A DNA stretch of 25,875 nucleotides, from contig CBFIGT010000023.1 in assembly GCA_965662175.1 (NCBI GenBank), positions 1-25,875 on the forward strand. Direction: 5' to 3'. Shown piece after piece: positions 19,651 through 25,875 of this stretch. Positions within the stretch are counted from its first letter, which is position 1. Each line of letters opens with the position of its first letter. This stretch comes from Arcobacter sp. (GTDB lineage: Bacteria; Campylobacterota; Campylobacteria; Campylobacterales; Arcobacteraceae). The notes below the pieces were generated by a model that was given only the letters and a program-made list of their open reading frames with translations, had not been told where the DNA came from and made no database searches. Made by a program: the position numbers and the translations under genes.

Positions 19651-19863
19651 ATGCCAGGTATTAAAGTTAAAGATACAGAATCTTTCGACGAAGCATATAG
19701 AAGATTTAAAAAGCAATGTGACAGAAACTTAATTGTTACTGAAACTAGAGCTAGAAGATTTTTTGAACCTATGACTGAAAAAAGAAAGAAACAAAAGATC
19801 TCTGCTAAAAAGAAAATGCTTAAAAGATTATACATGCTTAGAAGATACGAATCTAGACTGTAG
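19651..19863 (+). CDS. rpsU: 30S ribosomal protein S21
   Basis: [22 protein letters not shown]...RRFFEP...YESRL. Start moved to 19651, following the RBS GAGGGTGA. Confidence 0.97.
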   Translation: MPGIKVKDTESFDEAYRRFKKQCDRNLIVTETRARRFFEPMTEKRKKQKISAKKKMLKRLYMLRRYESRL

Positions 19864-19881
19864 TAACTACGCATATCGCTT

Positions 19882-19910
19882 AAAGGTCCGATTTTATCGG
19901 GCCTTTTTTT
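19882..19910 (+). terminator. Intrinsic terminator of rpsU, possibly bidirectional with purE; repeat copy A (19878-19913)
   Basis: AAAGGTCCGAT-TTT-ATCGGGCCTTT followed by further T residues. Confidence 0.85.
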
Positions 19911-19955
19911 ATGTTTAAGTTTTTTAAATAACTCTTATTTCTACTCTATTTATAA

Positions 19956-20480
19956 CTATTTTCCCATTGTTTTTAAATATTTTTTATATTTAATATCTTC
20001 TAGTTTATCTATCTTTGCTTGAACTTCATCAAGCATTTTATTTTTGTACTCTTTGATTTTTTCTCTAGTCTCTTTACTTTTTACACCCAATATTTGCGCT
20101 GCTAAAATTCCTGCATTTTTTGCACCATTAATTGCTACAGTTGCAACAGGCACGCCACCTGGCATTTGTACAATTGATAATAATGAATCCATACCCTCTA
20201 AGTTAGAACCTCGAACAGGAACACCAATAACAGGTAATACAGTCAAAGAAGCAACCATTCCAGGTAAATGAGCAGCACCACCGGCACCTGCAATTATAAC
20301 TCTTAATCCTCTTTTTTCAGCACTTTTAGAGTATTTTACTAATCTTTCAGGTGTTCTATGCGCTGATACAACTGTAACTTCATACTCAATTCCAAACTCT
20401 TCACACATTTGTGCAGCTGCACTCATAACTGGTAAGTCCGAATCACTTCCCATGATAATTCCAACTAATGGTTTATTCAT
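19956..20480 (-). CDS. purE: N5-CAIR mutase (class I PurE)
   Basis: [40 protein letters not shown] and [14 protein letters not shown] motifs. Confidence 0.98.
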   Translation of the reverse strand: MNKPLVGIIMGSDSDLPVMSAAAQMCEEFGIEYEVTVVSAHRTPERLVKYSKSAEKRGLRVIIAGAGGAAHLPGMVASLTVLPVIGVPVRGSNLEGMDSLLSIVQMPGGVPVATVAINGAKNAGILAAQILGVKSKETREKIKEYKNKMLDEVQAKIDKLEDIKYKKYLKTMGK

Positions 20481-21628
20481 AATCTTTTGCTCCCTCTTAT
20501 TTTTAAAATATTTTTTGCTCTCATTGCTTTTTCTAGTGCCTTATCAATATCATCATCTAAGACTGTAATATGTCCCATCTTCCTAAAAGGTTTAGTATAA
20601 CTTTTTCCATAAAAATGAAAAGATAGTTCAGGAATCTCTAAAGCATCATGAATACCCTCAATAAATGGCTCGCCCTCATATCCCTCTTCACCCAATAAAT
20701 TAACCATAACAGATGGAGAAATTAATTTTGTGGAACCTAAAGGTAAGTTTGTAACAGCTCGAATAATCTGTTCAAATTGTGATGTAGCGCATGATTCAAC
20801 TGTATAATGTCCTGAATTATGAGGTCTTGGTGCAATTTCATTAACCAAAACTTCACCACCTTTTGTTAAAAATAACTCAACACCAAAAATACCAACACCA
20901 CCTAAAGCCTCAATTGATTTAATTGAAACCTCTATTGACTTTTCTTCTATCTCTTTAGAGATTCTAGCAGGTGCCATTACGCTATCGCAGATATTTACTC
21001 TTTCATCAAAAAGCATTTCAACTACAGGATAACATTTTATTTCACCTTGGATATTTCTAGCAACTATTAATGCTAACTCTTTATCAATATCAACAAGCTC
21101 TTCAATAAAAGATTCAGTTTTAATAGCAATTTCAATCTCAGCTTCAGATTTAAGCATCTGAACACCCTTTCCATCATATCCACCCATTTTAGCTTTTTGA
21201 ATTACAGGAAATCCAAAGGCTTTTAAATCATCTTCATTCTCTACATTTTTATAAGCAGGTACAGGAATACCCTTTTCATCTAAAAGCTTTTTTTGCTCAT
21301 ATTTATTTTGAATTAACTCCATTACATAAGGTGATGGAAAAATATTATGCCCATGGTCATATAACTCTTTTAAAATAGATGTATCCACATGTTCTAATTC
21401 AAAAGTAGTTACATCTGTTTCTTGTACAATTTGCTCTAATTTTTCTTTATCGTAAAATCCACCCATAATATGCTTATCAGATACTTGAGCTGCTGGACAA
21501 TTAAATGTAGGGTCTAATATTGTCACATGAAAACCCATTTTTTTAGCTTTTTGAGACATAATTTTACCTAACTGTCCACCACCTATAATTCCTAGTTTTA
21601 AACTAGAGTAATTAAAATCTTTATTCAT
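20477..21628 (-). CDS. purK: N5-CAIR synthetase (ATP-grasp, bicarbonate-dependent)
   Basis: [37 protein letters not shown] and YGK...PFRKMGH motifs. ATGA overlap with purE. Confidence 0.97.
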   Translation of the reverse strand: MNKDFNYSSLKLGIIGGGQLGKIMSQKAKKMGFHVTILDPTFNCPAAQVSDKHIMGGFYDKEKLEQIVQETDVTTFELEHVDTSILKELYDHGHNIFPSPYVMELIQNKYEQKKLLDEKGIPVPAYKNVENEDDLKAFGFPVIQKAKMGGYDGKGVQMLKSEAEIEIAIKTESFIEELVDIDKELALIVARNIQGEIKCYPVVEMLFDERVNICDSVMAPARISKEIEEKSIEVSIKSIEALGGVGIFGVELFLTKGGEVLVNEIAPRPHNSGHYTVESCATSQFEQIIRAVTNLPLGSTKLISPSVMVNLLGEEGYEGEPFIEGIHDALEIPELSFHFYGKSYTKPFRKMGHITVLDDDIDKALEKAMRAKNILKIRGSKRL

Positions 21629-21649
21629 ATTTACTAAACCTTTCTTAAT

Positions 21650-21940
21650 TTATAGTAACATTGAAGCATCAGTAACTATGCACTTTCCGCCATATTTTTT
21701 GATAAAAGATCTAACTTCTTCTTTAATCTCATCAAGTTTTTCCTCTTCACACACTGTAAATATATAGTTATTACTAAGAATATCACTAACTTCATCTGCA
21801 GTTTTTAAACCATGTCCACCACAGCCCTCAATATCTCTTATTATTGTATAACCTGTTATATTTCTATTACTAAATAAATCCAACACTCTACTTAAATAAA
21901 TAGACTCTACTATTATCTCAATTTTTTTCATTTTTTTCAT
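21650..21940 (-). CDS. sbtB: SbtB-like PII-superfamily regulator
   Basis: About 96 aa with MKKIEIIVES...ITGYTIIRDIEG.GGHG (PII fold and T-loop start). Begins 2 nt after the sbtA stop. Start set at ATG 21940. Confidence 0.85.
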   Translation of the reverse strand: MKKMKKIEIIVESIYLSRVLDLFSNRNITGYTIIRDIEGCGGHGLKTADEVSDILSNNYIFTVCEEEKLDEIKEEVRSFIKKYGGKCIVTDASMLL

Positions 21941-21942
21941 AA

Positions 21943-22926
21943 TTAACCCCACAACATATTTATAAAAAAGTAATATAAAGGAATTCCCAAAGAGATATTA
22001 AAAGGGAAAGTAACAGCTAAACTAAGAGGTAAATAAATACCAGGATTTGCCTCAGGTACAGATAATCTCATAGCAGCAGGAACAGCTATATAAGAAGCAC
22101 TACCACTTAATAATGCTAATAAAAATGCATCACCTTTTGATAATTCAAAAAAGTAAGCTAATCCCATAGCAACAGATGCATTAAAAATAGGCATTGCTAT
22201 TGCAAATATAATTAAAAATATACCAAGTTTCTTTAACTCATAAATTCTTTTTGCGGCAACTAATCCCATATCAAGAAGGAAAAAAGCCAGCATCCCTTTA
22301 AATAAACTACCAAATAATGGCTCCATTGAATCCCAACCTTTTTGCCCAGTTAAAATTCCTATAATTAAAGCCCCTATTAATAAATAAACAGATGGATTTA
22401 AAAATGCTTCCCTTAAAATCTCTTTCCAATCAGTACTTTTTTTAACATCATCATTACTACTACCTTTTGCAAATATAGCTGCAAAAACTAATCCCATTAC
22501 AATAGCAGGCGACTCCATAAGAGTCATAGCAGCAACCATATAACCACCATATTCAACCCCAATTGTTTGAAGATAAGTAACACCTGTTATAAAAGTAACA
22601 GCACTTATAGAACCATAAGTAGCAGCAACCGCCACTGCATTATAATTATCTAACTTAATTCTTAAAATGAAATAACTATAAATGGGAACTAAAGTTGCCA
22701 TAAAAACCGCTAATAATAGAGCTTTAAATATATAAATATCTAAGCCACTTTTTGAAAGCTCATATCCACCATGAAGTCCAATTGCAATCAAAAGGTACAG
22801 TGAAAAAAGTTTGGGTAATGGTTGTGGTATTGATAGGTCTGATTTAAAAAAAACAGCTAACATACCAAGAAAAAAGAATAATATTGGAGGATTTAAAATA
22901 TTTTGAATTATTAAATCAATACTCAT
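21943..22926 (-). CDS. sbtA: Sodium-dependent bicarbonate transporter SbtA family permease
   Basis: P.ILFFFLG...KSDL.IP, LYLLIAIGLHGG, AATYGSISAVTF, MESPAI, FFLLDMGL, SASYIAVPAAMR...PEANP and TFPFNI..GIPLY motifs. RBS AGGTGG. Confidence 0.93.
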   Translation of the reverse strand: MSIDLIIQNILNPPILFFFLGMLAVFFKSDLSIPQPLPKLFSLYLLIAIGLHGGYELSKSGLDIYIFKALLLAVFMATLVPIYSYFILRIKLDNYNAVAVAATYGSISAVTFITGVTYLQTIGVEYGGYMVAAMTLMESPAIVMGLVFAAIFAKGSSNDDVKKSTDWKEILREAFLNPSVYLLIGALIIGILTGQKGWDSMEPLFGSLFKGMLAFFLLDMGLVAAKRIYELKKLGIFLIIFAIAMPIFNASVAMGLAYFFELSKGDAFLLALLSGSASYIAVPAAMRLSVPEANPGIYLPLSLAVTFPFNISLGIPLYYFFINMLWG

Positions 22927-22960
22927 TAATTTACCACCTAATTTTTTTATAAATTCTCGA

Positions 22961-22966
22961 ATTTTA
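22961..22966 (-). promoter_or_regulatory. Putative -10 box for sbtA-sbtB-purK-purE
   Basis: TTTAAG-TAAAAT on the minus strand, 34 nt upstream of the sbtA ATG. Confidence 0.5.
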
Positions 22967-22986
22967 CTTAAATAATATTTTAATTA

Positions 22987-23022
22987 GCTTAAAGCCTCGA
23001 TTTTATCGAAGCTTTTTTTATG
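22987..23022. repeat. 36-bp hairpin, copy B of 19878-19913; probable pyk terminator
   Basis: GCTTAAAGcctCGATTTTATCGaagCTTTTTTTATG versus GCTTAAAGgtcCGATTTTATCGggcCTTTTTTTATG, 30/36 identical. Confidence 0.8.
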
Positions 23023-23040
23023 GCTATTAGAAATTTATAA

Positions 23041-24519
23041 TTATTTTAAACTCTTCTGTTTCTTTTTCTCTTTAGGAAGTTCTATATAATATTTTAACTC
23101 AGCAGGTGTTAATATTTTTATAGTATTAGTACTTCCTGGTTGTCCAACAGGATATCCAAAAGTTGCAATATATATTGCATTTTTATCTAAATAACCCCTT
23201 TCATCTAATTTTTTTAACATTGTTTGTATCATAGCTGATGCACCAGCTTCTTTTATTTTTGCTATAGGTTCAACACCCCATAATCCACACATAGGATTTA
23301 AAACTCTTCTTTTATGGGTAAACATATAAATATTAGTTTTTGGTCTATATCGTGATATTTTTCTCCCTGATAATCCAGAACTTGTTAAAGCAATAATTCC
23401 TTTTGCCCCAATATCATCAGCTAGTTTTGTTGCTGTTCCTTGAATAACATCAAAATTATCATTATAAGCTAACTTATTATGTTTATCATATGGATATATC
23501 TCTTCTGTTTTAGCAATAATATTTGCCATTGTTCTAACTGTATTAATTGGGTCAATTCCAACAGCACTCTCCTCAGAAAGCATAACAATATCTGTCCCAT
23601 CTAAAACAGCATTTGCAACATCTGAAATTTCAGCTCTTGTAGCTCTTTCGTTATGTGTCATTGATAAAAGCATTTGTGTTGCTGTAATTACAGGAATACA
23701 AGCCTCATTTGCTTTTTTAATAAGGGTTTTTTGAATTGTTGGTACCTCATAATAAGAAACTTCAATTCCAAGGTCTCCTCTAGCTACCATAATTCCATCA
23801 CTAACTTCTATAATTTCATCAATATTTTGAACAGCATCAAATTTCTCAATTTTCGCAATTAATTTACCCTCATAATCTCCAAGTAATTCTCTTGCTTTTT
23901 CCATATCTTTTTTGTTTTGAACAAAAGATATTGCAAAATAATCAACCTTATTTTTAACACCCCATGCAATATCTTCTTCATCTTTTCTTGTAATAACATT
24001 AATATCTATTACAGTATTTGGAAAATTTATTCCTTTTTTTGATGTAAGTGTTCCATGGTTTTCAACTAAGGCAACAACTTTTTCACCTGTTTCAATCACT
24101 TTTGCTCTAATTGTCCCATCATAAAGATATATATACTCATCAATTTTTACCTTATCCAATAACTCAGGATAGTTTGTAGATACTATATATTTTTTATCAG
24201 CCACTTTGTAACCAATAATTTCATCTTTTACAAATGTAATCTCATCACCTTGAAAAAGTTCAAACTTATCTTTTATCTCACCAATTCTAACTTTAGGTCC
24301 TGAAATATCTTGTAATACTGCAATTGTAACATCTAATTTATTCATAACTTTTCTAATATTTTTCAATGTTTCTAAATGATATTCATGATCCCCATGTGAA
24401 AAATTTAATCTAAACATATTTGTACCAGCTTTAACTAGTCCCTCTATCATTTCAACACTATTACTTGCAGGTCCAAGTGTTGCCAGAATTTTTGTCTTTT
24501 TATAAACAGTTTTATACAT
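23041..24519 (-). CDS. pyk: Pyruvate kinase
   Basis: KTKILATLGPAS, FRLNFSHG, IAKIEK, MVARGDLG, ATQMLLSM and RAEISDVANAVLDGTD motifs. ATG 24519 chosen because it sits 6 nt after AAGGA. Confidence 0.98.
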   Translation of the reverse strand: MYKTVYKKTKILATLGPASNSVEMIEGLVKAGTNMFRLNFSHGDHEYHLETLKNIRKVMNKLDVTIAVLQDISGPKVRIGEIKDKFELFQGDEITFVKDEIIGYKVADKKYIVSTNYPELLDKVKIDEYIYLYDGTIRAKVIETGEKVVALVENHGTLTSKKGINFPNTVIDINVITRKDEEDIAWGVKNKVDYFAISFVQNKKDMEKARELLGDYEGKLIAKIEKFDAVQNIDEIIEVSDGIMVARGDLGIEVSYYEVPTIQKTLIKKANEACIPVITATQMLLSMTHNERATRAEISDVANAVLDGTDIVMLSEESAVGIDPINTVRTMANIIAKTEEIYPYDKHNKLAYNDNFDVIQGTATKLADDIGAKGIIALTSSGLSGRKISRYRPKTNIYMFTHKRRVLNPMCGLWGVEPIAKIKEAGASAMIQTMLKKLDERGYLDKNAIYIATFGYPVGQPGSTNTIKILTPAELKYYIELPKEKKKQKSLK

Positions 24520-24632
24520 ATACATTCCTTATATTGAATTAATAATTTTAAATACTTTTTTGTAAATATATTCAACTATAATATAGCTAAAAACTCCAAA
24601 TTAGTAGTTAAATTTATAAAACTAATATTAAT

Positions 24633-25643
24633 CTATAAAATAGCATAAGATAATCTATTTCTTCCACCACGTTTAGACTTATATAGCTCTTTATCGGCCT
24701 TTTCATATACTAATTTAATATCATTTATCTTATTTACAACGCTAATCATTCCTAAAGAGATTGTAACTTTATTGTAATTAAAGTTATTCAAGTGTTCAAT
24801 ATCTAGATTTTCTACTCTTTTTCTAATTTTTTCAACAAACTCTTTTGCATACTTAATTGACTTAGAATCAAATATTAATGCAAACTCTTCACCACCAATT
24901 CTAAATAAATAATCACTCTCTCTTAGTAATATTTTATTTATTTCAGTTGATATAGTTTTTAATACATAATCACCTTTTACATGGCCATATAAATCATTAT
25001 ATTTCTTAAAACTATCAACATCAATTAATACAAAATTTATAATTTGTTGCTCTTCTCTATCATTCTCAATTTTACTTTTAAATATTTCATCAAATTTTCT
25101 TCTATTAAATAATCCAGTTAAAGAGTCTAAATATGAGAGTTTACTAAGTAATTTATTCTGATTATCAAGAAGTAATTGATTGTTTTTTAAATCAGTAACA
25201 TCTAACATTGTTCCAACTAAACCAATAACCTCGTTATTGATATTAAAAACTGTTGCCTTATAAAAATAAAATGTTCTAATTTCTCCATTAGCACATTTAA
25301 CTTTCCCCTCATAATATTGTGTTCCAGGATTTTCAAATAATTCAGTATCTTTTTTTTCATATAATTTAGCTAGTTCAAAAGGAATTTCATCAGGTAATTC
25401 AAACAATGTTTTCCCAATAATCTTTTCTTTTGGAATACCCAAAATAGTTTTTGAAAATGAGTCATTTAATGTTCGATAAACGCCATTTATATCTTTAAAA
25501 AAAACTGGATTAGGAATGGTGTTAATTAAAATATTTAAAAACTGTTTGTGATTAGAAATCTCTTTTTCCATATCACTCATTTTTTTAATTTTAGATTCTA
25601 ATATCTTTACTTTATTTTCAAGTTGTTCATATGTTAATTTCAT
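24633..25643 (-). CDS. PAS-domain diguanylate cyclase
   Basis: N-terminal coiled coil, PAS domain (IPNPVFFKDING...N..F), D.LTGLFNRR, DVDSFKKYND.YGH..GD, I-site RESD and active-site GGEEF. Confidence 0.93.
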   Translation of the reverse strand: MKLTYEQLENKVKILESKIKKMSDMEKEISNHKQFLNILINTIPNPVFFKDINGVYRTLNDSFSKTILGIPKEKIIGKTLFELPDEIPFELAKLYEKKDTELFENPGTQYYEGKVKCANGEIRTFYFYKATVFNINNEVIGLVGTMLDVTDLKNNQLLLDNQNKLLSKLSYLDSLTGLFNRRKFDEIFKSKIENDREEQQIINFVLIDVDSFKKYNDLYGHVKGDYVLKTISTEINKILLRESDYLFRIGGEEFALIFDSKSIKYAKEFVEKIRKRVENLDIEHLNNFNYNKVTISLGMISVVNKINDIKLVYEKADKELYKSKRGGRNRLSYAIL

Positions 25644-25742
25644 ATTATAATAATATCAAAAAATTGCTCTATAATGTGTAGTTTTGAAGAAAAATAAGAG
25701 TATTAGAAGATAATAATAACTTTTTGTTATAAATAAGAAGCC

Positions 25743-25792
25743 AAAAAAAAAGCTTAGCACTTCACCCTGTAAGGATAAAAAGCTAAGCTTTT
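25743..25792 (-). terminator. rRNA operon terminator
   Basis: Minus strand AAAAGCTTAGC...GCTAAGC followed by T9, just downstream of the 5S gene. Confidence 0.85.
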
Positions 25793-25807
25793 AAAAACAC
25801 TCAAGAG

Positions 25808-25875
25808 TTGGCGACGACTTACGTTTCCACAAGGGGACCCTGCAGTATTATCAGCGATGAAGTGCTTGACTTCCG
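25808..25875 (-). rRNA. rrf: 5S rRNA, 3' part (continues past the window end)
   Basis: Minus strand CGGAAGTCAAGCACTTCATCGCTGATAATACTGCAGGGTCCCCTTGTGGAAACGTAAGTCGTCGCCAA matches the 3' half of bacterial 5S. Abrupt GC rise and a terminator follows. Confidence 0.93.

Noticed and set aside
19878..23022. Treating the cassette as an active mobile element, integron cassette or CRISPR
   Set aside because: No integrase or transposase, only two diverged repeat copies 3.1 kb apart, and no attC-type ends or spacer array.
383..23862. Short antisense or alternate-frame ORFs (383-721, 1349-1588, 3221-3403, 6420-6629, 9585-9917, 10412-10603, 14541-14777, 14804-15001, 15776-16072, 19647-19874, 20044-20271, 23674-23862)
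   Set aside because: They overlap well-supported genes and show no recognisable motifs, so they are treated as shadow ORFs.

Overview
AT-rich bacterial chromosome segment. Gene content (FlgO pair, Pgp1/Csd4 peptidase, HP0495/DUF493, stand-alone ccoG) suggests Campylobacterota, most likely Arcobacteraceae; this is an inference. The backbone is housekeeping: a frameshifted Bcr/CflA MFS gene, nhaD, ccoG, pyrG-recJ, two FlgO-family genes, a DJ-1/YajL gene, dnaE-surE-small HTH gene, two peptidoglycan peptidases, DUF493-moaC, rpsU, pyk, a PAS-GGDEF cyclase and the 3' end of an rRNA operon (5S). Two modules stand out. (1) A tight sbtA-sbtB-purK-purE operon couples a Na+/bicarbonate transporter and its PII-like regulator to the bicarbonate-consuming step of purine synthesis. 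It is bracketed by two 36-bp hairpin copies (30/36 identical, differences confined to paired stem positions). (2) A divergent GT4 / PlcP-like phosphoesterase-patatin locus has mirror-image Pho-box-like promoters and apparently leaderless mRNAs, consistent with phosphate-starvation membrane lipid remodelling. No CRISPR array, IS, integrase or tRNA was seen. All family calls come from motif recognition, not database searches.
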